Shown here: piece by piece, positions 1 through 21,046 of the stretch | Position numbering within the stretch: position 1 is the first letter of the stretch | Layout: every line of letters begins with the position of its first letter | NCBI GenBank assembly: GCA_019747795.1 | Contig: JAIEQK010000198.1 | Span: forward strand, 4,647 to 68,646 | DNA from: Gammaproteobacteria bacterium | GTDB taxonomy: Bacteria; Pseudomonadota; Gammaproteobacteria; Ga0077536 | Direction: 5' to 3' | DNA: 64,000 bases | Made by a program: the position numbers and the translations under genes | The notes under the pieces: generated by a model | Told to the model about the DNA's origin: nothing | Database searches by the model: none | What the model saw: only the letters and a program-made list of their open reading frames with translations

Positions 1-465
1 ACGGCGCAAGCCGCGGTCGCGGCCGAGTATGTCGGCCTGACCGTGACGCAGATGACCCAGCTGCGCGCCAAGGCGCGTGAGACCGGCGTCTACGTGCGAG
101 TGGTCAAGAACACGTTGGCGCGGCGCGCGTTCGACGGTACGGACTTCGAGTGTCTGAAGGACTCCCTCACGGGTCCGCTGCTGCTGGTGTTTTCCCGGGA
201 CGACCCGGGCGCCGGCGCGCGACTGGTGCGGGATTTCGCCAAGGACAACCAGAAGCTCGTGCCGAAGGCCGTGGCCTTCGCCGGAGAGCTGCGTCCCGCG
301 TCGGATCTCGCCCTGCTGGCGAACCTGCCGACCTTGGACGAGGCCCGTGCCAAGCTTCTTTCCATCTTCCAGGCGCCGCAGACCAAGCTGGTCCGCACGC
401 TGGCAGAGCCAGCCGGCCAGTTCGTTCGCGTGCTCGCGGCCTACCGCGACAAGCAGTCCGCCTGA
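1..465 (+). CDS. rplJ: 50S ribosomal protein L10, 5'-truncated by the window edge
   Basis: Frame 1 is open from base 1. Translation ...AEYVGLTVTQMTQLRAKARETGVYVRVVKNTLARRAF... is the conserved L10 core. It lies directly upstream of rplL as in the rplJL-rpoBC operon. Confidence 0.93.
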   Translation, partial: TAQAAVAAEYVGLTVTQMTQLRAKARETGVYVRVVKNTLARRAFDGTDFECLKDSLTGPLLLVFSRDDPGAGARLVRDFAKDNQKLVPKAVAFAGELRPASDLALLANLPTLDEARAKLLSIFQAPQTKLVRTLAEPAGQFVRVLAAYRDKQSA

Positions 466-500
466 GTCTTTACACAATCTGATACCTGGAGAGCACTGAA

Positions 501-881
501 ATGGCAGTTTCCAAAGAAGAACTGGTCGAAACCCTGAGCGGCATGACCATCCTCGAGGTGACCGAACTGGTCTCCCTGCTCGAGGAGAAGTGGGGCGTGT
601 CCGCGGCGGCGGCGGTGGCCACCGTGGCGGTGGCGGCCGGCGGCGCCGAAGCGGCGAAGGAAGAGGTCAAGGACGAGTTCGACGTCGTCATGACCAGCTT
701 CGGCGAGAACAAGGTCAACGTGATCAAGACCGTGCGCGCGATCACCGGTCTCGGCCTCAAGGAGGCCAAGGACCTGGTCGAGGGCGTGCCGTCGGTGGTC
801 AAGGAAGCGGCCAACAAGGCCGAGGCCGAGAGCATCAAGAAGCAGCTCGAAGAGTCCGGCGCCAAGGTCGAACTCAAGTAA
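501..881 (+). CDS. rplL: 50S ribosomal protein L7/L12
   Basis: 126 aa with an Ala-rich hinge ([21 protein letters not shown]) and the C-terminal domain [27 protein letters not shown] typical of L7/L12. Confidence 0.97.
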   Translation: MAVSKEELVETLSGMTILEVTELVSLLEEKWGVSAAAAVATVAVAAGGAEAAKEEVKDEFDVVMTSFGENKVNVIKTVRAITGLGLKEAKDLVEGVPSVVKEAANKAEAESIKKQLEESGAKVELK

Positions 882-922
882 GCCCCGTCACTTTGCTGCT
901 CCTTCGCGAGCAAGTCTGGAAC

Positions 923-964
923 GGGCGGCGCGCCTGCGCAGGGCGCCCCGCCCGGTTTCGTTTA
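923..964 (+). terminator. rplL-rpoB intergenic hairpin plus T-rich tail (attenuator-type partial terminator)
   Basis: Bases 923-928 pair with 948-953 and 930-934 with 942-946 (11 G:C-rich bp, one C.C mismatch, 7-nt loop), followed by GGTTTCGTTTA. The position matches the known rplL-rpoB attenuator of other proteobacteria. Confidence 0.6.
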
Positions 965-1150
965 ACCGTCGCGGCACCTACGGTGCCGCGCGCGGTCTCT
1001 AGCACTTGGGTGAGGCTCCTCGCGAGCGGCCGCCGGATCTTCGGCGGAGCGTCTGCCAGCCGGCAGACCCACAACGCCGCCGGGATGTCGAACACCCGAC
1101 CGCTAGCCCTGTGCTGACTCACAATCTGGTTCAACAGGACGGTAATCGCC

Positions 1151-5227
<4,077 letters not shown>

Positions 5228-5276
5228 GGCTTCACCCGGAAGATTCGGCGCGTTCTTGCCTTAAGGAGTATTGCTT

Positions 5277-9509
<4,233 letters not shown>

Positions 9510-9515
9510 GGCGCG

Positions 9516-9545
9516 TTGACATGCTCTGAAGGGGATCCCTATAAT
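9516..9545 (+). promoter_or_regulatory. Consensus sigma70-type promoter hexamers (TTGACA, 18-nt spacer, TATAAT) just after the rpoC stop
   Basis: TTGACA at 9516-9521 and TATAAT at 9540-9545, both perfect matches in a roughly 68% G+C context. The location is upstream of rpsL. Confidence 0.55.
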
Positions 9546-9555
9546 CCCGCTTCTA

Positions 9556-9591
9556 CGACAGGCCGGAGAAATCCGCGCCTGTCGTTTTTTT
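9556..9591 (+). terminator. Intrinsic terminator (GNRA-capped hairpin plus T7)
   Basis: CGACAGGCCGGA-GAAA-TCCG(C)GCCTGTCG at 9556-9584 forms 12 bp with one bulged C. It is followed by TTTTTTT at 9585-9591, 47 nt after the rpoC stop. Confidence 0.85.
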
Positions 9592-9730
9592 CCTCCGTCG
9601 TTTTCCTAACCAAACATGCACCGCCCTCGGCGGGCAAGACCCAGGCTGCTCGATGCCGCCCGGGTGGAAACGCGACGGCGCTTGAAACTGCTGTTTAACA
9701 ATCGGAATTACCGAAGGGCGCTGAAGGGTA

Positions 9731-10105
9731 ATGGCGACAATTAATCAATTAGTGCGCAAACCGCGGCAACGTCAGGCCAAGAAGAGCAACGTTCCAGCCC
9801 TCGAGGCCTGCCCGCAGAAGCGCGGCGTATGCACGCGCGTCTACACCACGACGCCGAAGAAGCCGAACTCGGCGCTGCGCAAGGTCGCCCGTGTGCGGCT
9901 GACCAACGGCCAGGAAGTCACCACCTATATCGGTGGCGAAGGCCACAATCTGCAGGAGCACTCGGTAATTCTGATTCGCGGCGGTCGTGTCAAAGACCTG
10001 CCCGGTGTCCGCTACCACACGGTGCGCGGCACGCTCGATACCTCCGGCGTCACCGCACGTCGCCAGGGTCGCTCCAAGTACGGCGCCAAGCGCCCCAAAG
10101 CCTAA
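9731..10105 (+). CDS. rpsL: 30S ribosomal protein S12
   Basis: 124 aa: [12 protein letters not shown]...[10 protein letters not shown]. Confidence 0.98.
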   Translation: MATINQLVRKPRQRQAKKSNVPALEACPQKRGVCTRVYTTTPKKPNSALRKVARVRLTNGQEVTTYIGGEGHNLQEHSVILIRGGRVKDLPGVRYHTVRGTLDTSGVTARRQGRSKYGAKRPKA

Positions 10106-10134
10106 CCCTATCCCGCTAATTCAGGGCGATTACG

Positions 10135-10605
10135 ATGTCTCGACGTCACGTAGCTTCCAAACGCGAAATCCTGCCGGATCCGAAGTACGGAGACCGCACG
10201 GTGGCCAAGTTCATAAACATGGTCATGTCGCGCGGCAAGAAGGCCGTTGCAGAGCAAATCGTCTACGGCGCGCTGTCCGAAGTGGAGCACCGCGGCAAGG
10301 GCGCGGCGATCGACGTGTTCAAGCAGGCGCTGGAAAACGTCGAGCCCAAGGTGGAAGTGAAGTCCCGTCGTGTCGGTGGCGCCACCTACCAGGTGCCGGT
10401 CGAAGTGCGTCCCAATCGTCGGGTCGCGCTCGCCATGCGTTGGCTGGTCGATGCCGCGCGCAAGCGTAGCGAGAAGTCCATGGGCCAGCGCCTCGCCAAC
10501 GAGATGGTCGAGGCCTACGACAACCGCGGCACCGCCGTGAAGAAGCGCGAAGACACGCACAAGATGGCGGAAGCCAATCGCGCGTTCTCGCACTACCGCT
10601 GGTAA
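10135..10605 (+). CDS. rpsG: 30S ribosomal protein S7
   Basis: 156 aa: [20 protein letters not shown]..., in the str operon position. Confidence 0.98.
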   Translation: MSRRHVASKREILPDPKYGDRTVAKFINMVMSRGKKAVAEQIVYGALSEVEHRGKGAAIDVFKQALENVEPKVEVKSRRVGGATYQVPVEVRPNRRVALAMRWLVDAARKRSEKSMGQRLANEMVEAYDNRGTAVKKREDTHKMAEANRAFSHYRW

Positions 10606-10632
10606 GCCCGGAACTCCTCCGAGACTGCACCC

Positions 10633-12729
10633 GTGGCCCGCACTACGCCCATCGAACGCTACCGGAACATCGGTATCATGGCGCATATCGACGCGGGCAA
10701 GACCACGACCACCGAGCGCGTCCTCTATTACACGGGCGTGTCGCACAAGATCGGTGAAGTCCACGACGGCGCTGCCGTCATGGACTGGATGGAGCAGGAA
10801 CAGGAGCGCGGAATCACCATCACGTCCGCGGCGACGACCTGCTTCTGGGAGGGCATGGACAAGCAGTTCCCCCAGCACCGCATCAACATCATCGACACCC
10901 CCGGGCACGTGGACTTCACCATCGAGGTGGAACGCTCGCTGCGCGTGCTGGATGGTGCTGTCGGTGTGTTCTGCGCGGTGGGTGGCGTGGAGCCGCAGTC
11001 CGAGACCGTCTGGCGTCAGGCCAACAAGTACGGCGTGCCGCGCCTGGCCTTCGTCAACAAGATGGATCGCGCCGGCGCTGATTTCCTGCGCGTGGTCGGC
11101 CAGATCCGCAGCCGACTCGGCGCGAAGGCCGTGCCGCTGCAGTTTCCCATCGGCGCCGAGGATGCCTTCGAAGGCGTCGTCGACCTGCTCAAGATGAAGG
11201 CGATCTACTGGGACGAGGCCACCCTCGGCATGCGCTTCGAGGAGCGCGAAGTAGGCGCCGCGCAGCTCGAGACCTGCACCAAGCTCCGCGAGGAACTGGT
11301 CGAGGCAGCCGCCGAGGCATCCGAGGAGCTCACCGAGAAGTACCTCGATGGCGAAGCGCTCGCGGTCGACGAGATCAAGGCCGGTCTGCGCAAGCGCACG
11401 CTGAACAACGAAATCGTGCCCGTGCTGTGCGGGTCGGCCTTCAAGAACAAGGGCGTGCAGGCGCTGCTGGACGCGGTCATCGAGTACCTGCCCGCGCCGA
11501 TAGACGTCCCGCCGATCAAAGGCCTGAACGAAGACGGCACGACAGAAAATCATCGCGAGGCTTCGGACGAAGCCCCCTTCGCGGCACTCGCCTTCAAGAT
11601 CGCGAGCGACCCCTTCGTCGGCACGCTGTCCTTCTTCCGCGTGTATTCTGGCGTGGTGAAGTCCGGTGACTCGGTCTACAACCCGGTCAAGGGCAAGAAA
11701 GAGCGCTTTGGCCGCGTCCTGCAGATGCACGCCAACAGCCGCGAAGAAATCAAGGAAGTCCGCGCCGGCGACATCGCCGCCGCGGTCGGTCTGAAGGACG
11801 TCACCACGGGTGACACCCTGTGCGATCCCAGCCGAATCATCACCTTGGAGCGCATGGAGTTCCCCGACCCGGTCATCGCGGTCGCGGTCGAGCCCAAGAC
11901 CAAGGGTGACCAGGAAAAGATGGGCGTCGCGCTGTCGAAGCTCGCCGCCGAGGATCCGTCCTTCCGCGTCGCGACCGACGAGGAATCCGGCCAGACCATC
12001 ATCTCCGGCATGGGCGAACTGCACCTCGAGATCATCGTCGACCGCATGCGGCGTGAGTTCAAGGTGGAGGCCAACGTCGGCAAGCCGCAGGTGGCCTATC
12101 GCGAGACCATCAAGAAGGTGGTCGAAAAGGCCGAGGGCCGCTTCATCCGCCAGACCGGCGGTCGTGGGCAGTACGGCCACGTGGTGCTGAAGCTCGAACC
12201 TGCGCCAGAGGGCTCGGGTTTCGAGTTCGTCAACGGCATCGTCGGTGGCGTGGTGCCGCGTGAGTACATCCCGGCGGTGGAGAAGGGCATCAAGGAATCG
12301 CTCGCCAATGGCGTGCTGGCCGGCTACCCCGTCGTGGACGTGAAGGTCACCCTGATCGACGGCTCCTACCACGAGGTGGACTCGAACGAGATGGCGTTCA
12401 AGATCGCCGGCTCGATAGGCTTCAAGGAGGGCATGCGCGAGGCCAAGCCGGCGCTGCTCGAGCCCATCATGCACGTTGAGGTGGTGACGCCGGACGATTA
12501 CATGGGCACCGTCAACGGCGATTTGAACCGCCGCCGCGGTGTTCTGCAGGGCACGGAGGAGTCGCCGAGCGGCGCGATAATCCGCGCCGAGGTGCCGCTG
12601 GCCGAGATGTTCGGCTACGCCACCGACCTGCGTTCGGCCACCCAGGGCCGCGCCACGTATTCCATGGAGTTCGCGCGCTACGCCGAGGCTCCCAGCAACG
12701 TTGCTGAAGCGATCATCAAGAGAAGTTAG
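10633..12729 (+). CDS. fusA: Elongation factor G
   Basis: 698 aa with a GTG start. GTPase motifs [14 protein letters not shown] and NKMD are present. Confidence 0.98.
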   Translation: MARTTPIERYRNIGIMAHIDAGKTTTTERVLYYTGVSHKIGEVHDGAAVMDWMEQEQERGITITSAATTCFWEGMDKQFPQHRINIIDTPGHVDFTIEVERSLRVLDGAVGVFCAVGGVEPQSETVWRQANKYGVPRLAFVNKMDRAGADFLRVVGQIRSRLGAKAVPLQFPIGAEDAFEGVVDLLKMKAIYWDEATLGMRFEEREVGAAQLETCTKLREELVEAAAEASEELTEKYLDGEALAVDEIKAGLRKRTLNNEIVPVLCGSAFKNKGVQALLDAVIEYLPAPIDVPPIKGLNEDGTTENHREASDEAPFAALAFKIASDPFVGTLSFFRVYSGVVKSGDSVYNPVKGKKERFGRVLQMHANSREEIKEVRAGDIAAAVGLKDVTTGDTLCDPSRIITLERMEFPDPVIAVAVEPKTKGDQEKMGVALSKLAAEDPSFRVATDEESGQTIISGMGELHLEIIVDRMRREFKVEANVGKPQVAYRETIKKVVEKAEGRFIRQTGGRGQYGHVVLKLEPAPEGSGFEFVNGIVGGVVPREYIPAVEKGIKESLANGVLAGYPVVDVKVTLIDGSYHEVDSNEMAFKIAGSIGFKEGMREAKPALLEPIMHVEVVTPDDYMGTVNGDLNRRRGVLQGTEESPSGAIIRAEVPLAEMFGYATDLRSATQGRATYSMEFARYAEAPSNVAEAIIKRS

Positions 12730-12775
12730 TCGGCGTCATACCGCCATTACCTGAGAACCAGAGGGTTAGAGAGCC

Positions 12776-13966
<1,191 letters not shown>

Positions 13967-14027
13967 TCGATTCGAGCAGCGCGTAAGAGTTCTAAAACCC
14001 AGATTTGGAAGGTCATCGGTACACGCG

Positions 14028-14339
14028 ATGAATCAGCAAGTAATCAGAATCCGGCTCAAGGCTTTCGACCATCGGTTGATCGATCAGTCGACCAAGGAGA
14101 TCGTCGAGACGGCCAAGCGGACCGGTGCCCAGGTCAAGGGCCCGATCCCACTGCCCACGAAGAAAGAGCGCTTCACCGTGTTGATCTCGCCGCACGTCAA
14201 CAAGGACGCACGCGACCAGTACGAGATCCGCACGCACAAGCGGTTGCTCGACATCGTCAACCCGACCGACAAGACGGTTGACGCACTGATGAAGCTGGAT
14301 CTCGCCGCCGGCGTCGACGTCCAGATCAAGTTGAACTGA
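14028..14339 (+). CDS. rpsJ: 30S ribosomal protein S10
   Basis: 103 aa: [21 protein letters not shown]. The start is taken at ATG 14028 inside the longer track ORF 13881..14339. Confidence 0.97.
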   Translation: MNQQVIRIRLKAFDHRLIDQSTKEIVETAKRTGAQVKGPIPLPTKKERFTVLISPHVNKDARDQYEIRTHKRLLDIVNPTDKTVDALMKLDLAAGVDVQIKLN

Positions 14340-14360
14340 GCGAGTTTTTGGAGAGCAGGC

Positions 14361-14999
14361 ATGAGCCTTGGATTGGTTGGACGCAAGTGCGGCATGACGC
14401 GCATCTTCACTGAAGACGGCGTGTCGACCCCGGTGACGGTCGTCGAAGTCGAGCCGAATCGCGTCACCCGCGTGAAGACGACGGACAGCGACGGCTACAG
14501 CGCCGTGCAGGTCACCTGCGGCGAGAAGCCGCAGAGCCGCGTCAACCGCGCGCTGGCCGGCGAGTACAAGAAGGCGGGCACCGGCGCAGGTCGCGGCCTG
14601 TGGGAGTTCCGCCTCGCGGGTACCGAAGAGCAGGAGCTCGCGGTCGGCAAGGAGCTGAAGGTCGACCTGTTCGCCGCCGGCCAGATGGTCGACGTGACCG
14701 GTACCACCATCGGCAAGGGCTTCGCCGGCACCATCAAGCGGCACAATTTCAGCTCGCAGGATGCGTCGCACGGCAACTCGGTGTCGCACCGCGTGCCGGG
14801 TTCCATCGGCCAGTGCCAGACGCCGGGCAAGGTGTTCAAGGGCAAGAAGATGGCCGGCCACATGGGCGACCGTCAGCGTACCGCGCAGAACCTCGAGGTG
14901 GTGCGGGTCGACATCGAGCGCAACCTGCTGCTGCTCAAGGGCGCGGTTCCGGGCGCCAAGGGCGGCGAGCTGATCATTCGTCCGGCAGTCAAAGCCTAA
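14361..14999 (+). CDS. rplC: 50S ribosomal protein L3
   Basis: 212 aa: [21 protein letters not shown]10 operon order. Confidence 0.97.
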   Translation: MSLGLVGRKCGMTRIFTEDGVSTPVTVVEVEPNRVTRVKTTDSDGYSAVQVTCGEKPQSRVNRALAGEYKKAGTGAGRGLWEFRLAGTEEQELAVGKELKVDLFAAGQMVDVTGTTIGKGFAGTIKRHNFSSQDASHGNSVSHRVPGSIGQCQTPGKVFKGKKMAGHMGDRQRTAQNLEVVRVDIERNLLLLKGAVPGAKGGELIIRPAVKA

Positions 15000-15017
15000 G
15001 TAGCTGAACGAGCCACC

Positions 15018-15638
15018 ATGGAATTACAAGTACAATCGATTTCCTCCGGCACCGCGGCGGGCAACGTCGCACTGTCGGACGAAGTGTTCGGGACCGACTT
15101 CAACGAAGGTCTGGTGCACCAGGTCGTGACCGCCTACATGGCGGCCGGCCGTGCCGGCACCAAGGCGCAGAAGTCGCGCGCCGAAGTCGCCGGCGGCGGT
15201 CGCAAGCCGTGGCGTCAGAAGGGCACCGGCCGTGCGCGCGCCGGAACCATCCGCAGCCCCCTGTGGCGTGGCGGCGGTCGCGCCTTCGCCGCGCGCCCGC
15301 GCAGCTTCGAACAGAAGGTCAACCGCAAGATGTACCGCGCGGCCCTGCGCGCCATCCTGTCCGAGCTGGTCCGTCAGGATCGCCTGGTGGTGGTCGACGA
15401 CCTGCAGCTCGCCGAGCCCAAGACCAAGCTCGCCGTCGCCACGCTTGCACGCCTCGGGCTGCACGACGTGCTCCTGGTGTCGGACGAGATCAGCGAGAAC
15501 CTGTTCCTCGCCGCGCGCAACATTCCGCACGTCGGGATGGCGGATGTCGGCGCCATAGACCCGGTGCTGCTGGTGTCCTACGACAAGGTCGTGGTCACGC
15601 AGAAGGCGCTGGAGAAGCTCGAGGCGATGTTCAAATGA
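15018..15638 (+). CDS. rplD: 50S ribosomal protein L4
   Basis: 206 aa with the [25 protein letters not shown] motif. Confidence 0.97.
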   Translation: MELQVQSISSGTAAGNVALSDEVFGTDFNEGLVHQVVTAYMAAGRAGTKAQKSRAEVAGGGRKPWRQKGTGRARAGTIRSPLWRGGGRAFAARPRSFEQKVNRKMYRAALRAILSELVRQDRLVVVDDLQLAEPKTKLAVATLARLGLHDVLLVSDEISENLFLAARNIPHVGMADVGAIDPVLLVSYDKVVVTQKALEKLEAMFK

Positions 15639-15931
15639 ATCAGGAACGCTTGTTACAGGTGCTGGTGGAGCCGAAGCTCTCCGAGAAGGGCGCTCGCGTC
15701 GCCGACCAGCATCGCCAGTACATGTTCAGGGTGCTGAACGACGCCACCAAGCCCGAGATCAAGGCCGCCGTCGAGCAGCTGTTCAAGGTCGAGGTCGAGG
15801 ACGTCACCACCTCCACCGTGCGCGCCCGCGTGCGCCGCTTCCGCGGCCGGGTCGGCACCCGCGGCGAATGGAAGAAGGCCTTCGTGAAGCTGAAGGAAGG
15901 CTTCGAGATCAATTTCGTGGGCGGCGAGTAA
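15635..15931 (+). CDS. rplW: 50S ribosomal protein L23
   Basis: 98 aa: [19 protein letters not shown]. The ATG overlaps the rplD stop (ATGA). It lies inside track ORF 15209..15931. Confidence 0.95.
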   Translation: MNQERLLQVLVEPKLSEKGARVADQHRQYMFRVLNDATKPEIKAAVEQLFKVEVEDVTTSTVRARVRRFRGRVGTRGEWKKAFVKLKEGFEINFVGGE

Positions 15932-15947
15932 GGGCGGAGCACTAGTC

Positions 15948-16775
15948 ATGGCGTTGTTCAAAGCAAAACCGACCTCTCCGGGTCGCCGCAGCGTGGTACG
16001 CGTCGCCACGCCGGATCTGCACAAGGGTGCGCCGCATGCGCCGCTGCTCGAGCCGCAGTCGCGCAACTCCGGTCGCAACAACCAGGGCCGCATCACCGTC
16101 CGCCATCGCGGTGGCGGTCACAAGCAGCACTATCGCGTGATCGATTTCCGTCGCGACAAGGACGGCATCAACGCGGTCGTCGAGCGCCTGGAATACGATC
16201 CGAACCGCTCGGCGCACATCGCGCTCGTGCTGTACGAGGACGGTGAGCGTCGCTACATCATTGCGCCGAAGGGTGTGAAGGCGGGCTCGAAGCTGCGCTC
16301 GGGCGCGGATGCCCCGATCGTCGCCGGCAACTGCCTGCCGCTGCGCAACATGCCGGTCGGTGCGCTCATCCACTGCGTCGAACTCAAGCCCGGCAAGGGT
16401 GCGCAGCTCGGCCGCAGCGCCGGCGCGGCGATCCAGTACGTGGCGCGCGAAGGCGCCTACGCGACGCTGCGTCTGCGTTCCGGTGAGATGCGCAAGGTGC
16501 CGATCGAGTGCCGCGCCACCATCGGTGAAGTGGGCAACTCCGAGCATTCGCTGCGTTCGCTCGGCAAGGCTGGCGCCAAGCGCTGGCGTGGTGTCCGTCC
16601 CACCGTGCGCGGTGTGGCGATGAACCCGGTCGACCATCCGCACGGCGGTGGCGAAGGCCGCACCTCGGGTGGCCGCCACCCGGTCAGCCCCTGGGGCACG
16701 CCGACCAAAGGTCACAAGACGCGTCACAACAAGCGTACCGATGGGCTCATCGTGCGCCGGCGCAACAAGAAGTAA
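15948..16775 (+). CDS. rplB: 50S ribosomal protein L2
   Basis: 275 aa with [15 protein letters not shown] and [18 protein letters not shown] motifs. Confidence 0.98.
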   Translation: MALFKAKPTSPGRRSVVRVATPDLHKGAPHAPLLEPQSRNSGRNNQGRITVRHRGGGHKQHYRVIDFRRDKDGINAVVERLEYDPNRSAHIALVLYEDGERRYIIAPKGVKAGSKLRSGADAPIVAGNCLPLRNMPVGALIHCVELKPGKGAQLGRSAGAAIQYVAREGAYATLRLRSGEMRKVPIECRATIGEVGNSEHSLRSLGKAGAKRWRGVRPTVRGVAMNPVDHPHGGGEGRTSGGRHPVSPWGTPTKGHKTRHNKRTDGLIVRRRNKK

Positions 16776-16790
16776 GTCGCGGAGGACAGC

Positions 16791-17063
16791 ATGGCCCGTT
16801 CCATACGCAAAGGCCCGTTCATCGACCACCATCTGCTCAAGAAGGTCGAGGAAGCGCGCACGCGCAATGACAAGCGCCCGATCAAGACCTGGTCGCGTCG
16901 CTCGATGGTCGCTCCCGACATGGTCGGCCTGACCATTGCCGTGCACAACGGCCGTCAGCACATGCCGGTCTACATCAATGAAAACATGGTCGGTCACAAG
17001 CTCGGCGAATTCGCCCCGACCCGTTCCTTCCGCGGCCACGTGGCCGACAAGAAGGCGCGCTGA
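16791..17063 (+). CDS. rpsS: 30S ribosomal protein S19
   Basis: 90 aa: [19 protein letters not shown]. Confidence 0.98.
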   Translation: MARSIRKGPFIDHHLLKKVEEARTRNDKRPIKTWSRRSMVAPDMVGLTIAVHNGRQHMPVYINENMVGHKLGEFAPTRSFRGHVADKKAR

Positions 17064-17081
17064 GGACCGAGGACCAAGCAC

Positions 17082-17420
17082 ATGGCGACTGTAGCTAGAT
17101 TGCGTAACGCGCGTATCGCCGCGCAGAAGGTCCGCCTGGTAGCCGACCAGATCCGCGGCGTGCGGGTCGAGAAGGCCATCAACATCCTGACCTTCAGCAA
17201 CAAGAAGGCGGCGGCGATCGTGAAGAAGGTGCTGGAGTCGGCCATTGCCAACGCCGAGCACAACGACGGCGCGGACGTCGACGAACTGAAGGTGAACACC
17301 ATCATGGTCGACGAGGGCCCGGTGATGAAGCGCTGGCGCGCTCGCGCCCGCGGTCGCGCCGCCAAGATCATCAAGCGCACGTGCCATGTGACCGTGTCGG
17401 TCGAGCAAGTGGGGCAGTAA
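17082..17420 (+). CDS. rplV: 50S ribosomal protein L22
   Basis: 112 aa containing [17 protein letters not shown]10 operon order. Confidence 0.96.
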   Translation: MATVARLRNARIAAQKVRLVADQIRGVRVEKAINILTFSNKKAAAIVKKVLESAIANAEHNDGADVDELKVNTIMVDEGPVMKRWRARARGRAAKIIKRTCHVTVSVEQVGQ

Positions 17421-17425
17421 GCACA

Positions 17426-18100
17426 ATGGGACAGAAAGTACACCCGTACGGTATCCGCCTTGGCATCGTCAAGGATTGGACCTCGACCTGGTACGCGGAC
17501 ACCAAGAACTACGCCAACTACCTGAACAACGACCTGGCGGTGCGTGCGTTCCTGCGCAAGAAGCTCGCGCACGCGTCGGTCAGCCGCATTCAGATCGAGC
17601 GGCCGGCGAACAACGCGCGGATCGTCATCCACACCGCGCGTCCCGGCATCGTGATCGGCAAGAAGGGCGAGGACATCGAGTCTCTGCGCAAGCAGGTCAC
17701 CGCACTCATGAAGGTGCCGGCGCACATCAGCGTCGAAGAGATCCGAAAGCCGGAACTCGATGCCTTCCTGGTGGCGGAATCGGTCGCCCAGCAGCTCGAG
17801 CGCCGCATCATGTTCCGCCGCGCGATGAAGCGTGCGGTGTCGAACTCCATGCGTCTCGGCGCCCAGGGCATCAAGATCAACGTGGCTGGACGCCTGAACG
17901 GTGCGGAAATCGCGCGTTCCGAGTGGTATCGCGAGGGTCGGGTGCCGCTGCACACCCTGCGCGCCGACATCGACTACGGCTTCGCCGAAGCGAACACCAC
18001 CTACGGCGTCATCGGCGTCAAGGTCTGGATCTTCAAGGGCGAGATCGTGCGCCAGGGTCCGGCCGGCGACACGACTGAGAACGAGCCCTCCGCGGCCTGA
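17426..18100 (+). CDS. rpsC: 30S ribosomal protein S3
   Basis: 224 aa: [18 protein letters not shown]. The start is at ATG 17426 inside track ORF 17381..18100. Confidence 0.96.
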   Translation: MGQKVHPYGIRLGIVKDWTSTWYADTKNYANYLNNDLAVRAFLRKKLAHASVSRIQIERPANNARIVIHTARPGIVIGKKGEDIESLRKQVTALMKVPAHISVEEIRKPELDAFLVAESVAQQLERRIMFRRAMKRAVSNSMRLGAQGIKINVAGRLNGAEIARSEWYREGRVPLHTLRADIDYGFAEANTTYGVIGVKVWIFKGEIVRQGPAGDTTENEPSAA

Positions 18101-18130
18101 ACCGGGCTGCGCGAGGCAGGAGCATAGACA

Positions 18131-18544
18131 GTGCTGCAACCAAAGAATACGAAGTTCCGCAAGCAGATGAAGGGCCGCCTGCGCGGCCTGGCGCAGCGCG
18201 GAAGCAACGTCAGTTTCGGTGAGTTCGCACTCAAGGCGACCACCGGCGGCCGCGTCACGGCGCGCCAGATCGAGGCCGCACGACGCGCGATCACCCGCTT
18301 CGTGAAGCGCGGCGCGAAGGTCTGGATCCGGGTGTTCCCCGACAAGCCGATCTCTAAGAAGCCGCTCGAAGTCCGGCAGGGCAAGGGCAAGGGCAACGTG
18401 GAGTACTGGGTCGCGCAGATCAAGCCCGGCACCGTGCTCTACGAGATGGAAGGCGTGCCCGAGGACCAGGCCCGCGAGGCCATGCGCCTGGCCGCAGCCA
18501 AGCTGCCGGTCCGTACCACTTTTGCCATCCGTACGGTGCTGTGA
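18131..18544 (+). CDS. rplP: 50S ribosomal protein L16
   Basis: 137 aa with a GTG start: [16 protein letters not shown]. Confidence 0.97.
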   Translation: MLQPKNTKFRKQMKGRLRGLAQRGSNVSFGEFALKATTGGRVTARQIEAARRAITRFVKRGAKVWIRVFPDKPISKKPLEVRQGKGKGNVEYWVAQIKPGTVLYEMEGVPEDQAREAMRLAAAKLPVRTTFAIRTVL

Positions 18545-18735
18545 TGAAAGCCAGCGAAATACGTGAGAAGAACGCCGCCGAGCTGTCGGCGCTCCTGCTC
18601 GAACTGCGTCGCAAGCAGTTCAACATGCGCATGCAGGCGGGTTCGGGGCAGCCGCCCCGTTCGTCCGACATTCGCGAGACGCGCAAGGACATCGCGCGCA
18701 TCAAGACCATCATGAAGCAGAAGAGCGGGGCGTAA
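18544..18735 (+). CDS. rpmC: 50S ribosomal protein L29
   Basis: 63 aa: [31 protein letters not shown]. The ATG overlaps the rplP stop (TGATGA). Confidence 0.94.
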   Translation: MKASEIREKNAAELSALLLELRRKQFNMRMQAGSGQPPRSSDIRETRKDIARIKTIMKQKSGA

Positions 18736-18738
18736 GAG

Positions 18739-19005
18739 ATGAGCGAACAGACCAAGACCGCGCGGACCCTGGTCGGCCAGGTGGTCAGCACCAAGATGGA
18801 CAAGACCATCTCGGTGCTCATCGAGCGTCGCGTCGAGCACCCGCTGTATCGCAAGTTCGTGCGCAAGTCGACCAAGTTGCTCGCACACGATGAAAACAAC
18901 GAGTGCAACGAGGGTGACACCGTCGCCATCGAAGAGTGCCGCCCGCTCTCCAAGAACAAGAGCTGGCGTCTGGCCCGCGTGATCGAACGGGCGACGCGCG
19001 TCTGA
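18739..19005 (+). CDS. rpsQ: 30S ribosomal protein S17
   Basis: 88 aa containing [31 protein letters not shown]. Confidence 0.97.
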   Translation: MSEQTKTARTLVGQVVSTKMDKTISVLIERRVEHPLYRKFVRKSTKLLAHDENNECNEGDTVAIEECRPLSKNKSWRLARVIERATRV

Positions 19006-19039
19006 CCGACGGCCGCTCAGCAGGAACTGGAGTTAAGTC

Positions 19040-19408
19040 ATGATTCAGATGCAAAGCATGCTCGACGCCGCTGACAACAGCGGCGCGCGCCGACTGATGT
19101 GCATCAAGGTGCTTGGTGGGTCGCGTCGGCGCTACGCCAACATCGGCGACATCATCAAGGTCAGCATCAAGGAAGCGGTGCCGCGCGGCAAGGTCAAGAA
19201 GGGCGACGTGTTCAACGCGGTCGTGGTGCGCACCCGCAAGGGCGTGCGCCGCGCCGACGGCTCGACCATCCGCTTCGACGGCAACGCCGCGGTGCTGCTC
19301 GACAAGCAGCTGCAGCCGGTCGGTACCCGCATCTTCGGGCCCGTGACCCGCGAGCTGCGTGGCGAGAAGTTCATGCGCATCGTGTCGCTGGCGCCGGAAG
19401 TGCTGTAA
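19040..19408 (+). CDS. rplN: 50S ribosomal protein L14
   Basis: 122 aa: [28 protein letters not shown]. Confidence 0.98.
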   Translation: MIQMQSMLDAADNSGARRLMCIKVLGGSRRRYANIGDIIKVSIKEAVPRGKVKKGDVFNAVVVRTRKGVRRADGSTIRFDGNAAVLLDKQLQPVGTRIFGPVTRELRGEKFMRIVSLAPEVL

Positions 19409-19428
19409 GGCGCCGCGGAGTAACTGGA

Positions 19429-19746
19429 ATGAACAAGATCAGAAAAGGTGACACCGTCCAGGTCCTGACCGGTCGCGACCGCGGTAAGCGCGGCACCGTG
19501 ACCCGCGTCTACCCCGACAATCGTGTGATCGTCGAAGGCGTCAACATCGTCAAGCGCCACACGCGCGCCAACCCGCAGGCGGGCGTGGCCGGTGGCATCG
19601 TCGAGAAGGAAGCGCCGCTGCAGGTGTCGAACGTGGCGCTCTACAACCCGATGACGCAGAAGCCCGATCGCGTCGGCTTCAAGGTACTGGAGGACGGCCG
19701 CAAGGTGCGGTTCTTCAAGTCCAATGGCGAAGTCGTGGACGTGTAA
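19429..19746 (+). CDS. rplX: 50S ribosomal protein L24
   Basis: 105 aa: [24 protein letters not shown] (KOW motif). It lies inside track ORF 19099..19746. Confidence 0.96.
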   Translation: MNKIRKGDTVQVLTGRDRGKRGTVTRVYPDNRVIVEGVNIVKRHTRANPQAGVAGGIVEKEAPLQVSNVALYNPMTQKPDRVGFKVLEDGRKVRFFKSNGEVVDV

Positions 19747-19761
19747 CCGGGAAGCTAGGCA

Positions 19762-20301
19762 ATGACCAGACTGGAACAACATTACCGCGACGTCGTGATC
19801 AAGCAGCTGCAGGACAAGTTCAGCTACGGGTCTTCGATGGAAGTGCCGCGCATCGTCAAGGTGACCCTGAACATGGGCCTGGGTGAGGCGGTCGGTGACA
19901 AGAAGATCATCGAGCACGCCGTCAGCGACATGAAGCTCATCTCCGGCCAGCAGCCGGTGGTCTGCCTGGCGCGCAAGTCCATTGCGGGCTTCAAGATCCG
20001 CGAGGAATGGCCCATTGGCTGCAAGGTCACGCTGCGGCGGTCGCGCATGTATGAATTCCTGGATCGCCTGATCAACGTAGCGATCCCGCGTATCCGCGAC
20101 TTCCGCGGCCTGAACGGTCGCGCCTTCGACGGTCGCGGCAACTACAGCATGGGTGTGAAGGAACAGATCATCTTTCCGGAGATCGATTACGACAAGATCG
20201 ACACGCTCCGCGGCATGGACATCTGCATCACCACCACCGCGCGCACCGACGAAGAAGGGCGGGCACTGTTGGAAGCATTCCGCTTCCCGTTGAGGAGCTA
20301 A
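19762..20301 (+). CDS. rplE: 50S ribosomal protein L5
   Basis: 179 aa: [20 protein letters not shown]...[10 protein letters not shown]. spc operon order. Confidence 0.97.
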   Translation: MTRLEQHYRDVVIKQLQDKFSYGSSMEVPRIVKVTLNMGLGEAVGDKKIIEHAVSDMKLISGQQPVVCLARKSIAGFKIREEWPIGCKVTLRRSRMYEFLDRLINVAIPRIRDFRGLNGRAFDGRGNYSMGVKEQIIFPEIDYDKIDTLRGMDICITTTARTDEEGRALLEAFRFPLRS

Positions 20302-20311
20302 GGGCAGGCAC

Positions 20312-20617
20312 ATGGCAAAGAAATCCATGGTCAACCGCGAGATCAAGCGCGCGGCACTGGCGAAGAAGTTCGCGAAGAAGCGCGCCGCGCTGAAGGCCGT
20401 GATCACCGACGAGGGGCGTTCCTACGAGGAGCGCGAAGAAGCGCGTCTGCGGCTGCAGAAGCTGCCGCGGGACTCGAGCCCGGTGCGTGGCCGCAACCGT
20501 TGCCGCCTCACTGGCCGCCCGCACGGCTACTACCGCAAGTTCGGTCTGGGCCGTAACGAACTGCGTCGGCTCGCCATGCAGGGGCATGTACCCGGCCTGG
20601 TCAAGGCCAGCTGGTAA
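20312..20617 (+). CDS. rpsN: 30S ribosomal protein S14 (long, zinc-less type)
   Basis: 101 aa: [13 protein letters not shown]...[11 protein letters not shown]. Confidence 0.97.
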   Translation: MAKKSMVNREIKRAALAKKFAKKRAALKAVITDEGRSYEEREEARLRLQKLPRDSSPVRGRNRCRLTGRPHGYYRKFGLGRNELRRLAMQGHVPGLVKASW

Positions 20618-20638
20618 GCGTGAGCTGAGGAACTGAGT

Positions 20639-21034
20639 ATGAGCATGCAAGATCCCATCGGCGACATGCTGACCCGCATTCGCAACGCGCAGGCGCGCGC
20701 GAAGCGCGAAGTCGCCATGCCTGCGTCGAAGCGCAAGTCCGCCATCGCCGAAGTGCTGAAGAAGGAAGGCTACATCCTCGACTACAAGGTCGACGGGGAA
20801 GGCGCGACCAAGGAGCTCCGCATCGAGCTCAAGTACTTCCGCGGCAAGCCGGTCATCGAGCGCGTGTGGCGCGTGAGCCGTCCGGGCCTGCGCATCTACA
20901 AGACCAAGGACCAGCTGCCGTCCATCATCGGCGGGCTCGGCGTGGCGATCGTGTCGACGTCCAAGGGCCTGATGAGCGATCGCGAAGCGCGCGCCCAGGG
21001 CATTGGCGGCGAAATCATCTGTTCCGTTTATTAA
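20639..21034 (+). CDS. rpsH: 30S ribosomal protein S8
   Basis: 131 aa: [17 protein letters not shown]. Confidence 0.97.
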   Translation: MSMQDPIGDMLTRIRNAQARAKREVAMPASKRKSAIAEVLKKEGYILDYKVDGEGATKELRIELKYFRGKPVIERVWRVSRPGLRIYKTKDQLPSIIGGLGVAIVSTSKGLMSDREARAQGIGGEIICSVY

Positions 21035-21046
21035 GGTCGAAGCACG

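Noticed and set aside
9516-9698. 60-aa ORF starting at the TTG of the TTGACA box.
   Set aside because: It reads through a promoter-like element and an intrinsic terminator (the SFFSS run is the T7 tract). It is almost certainly non-coding.
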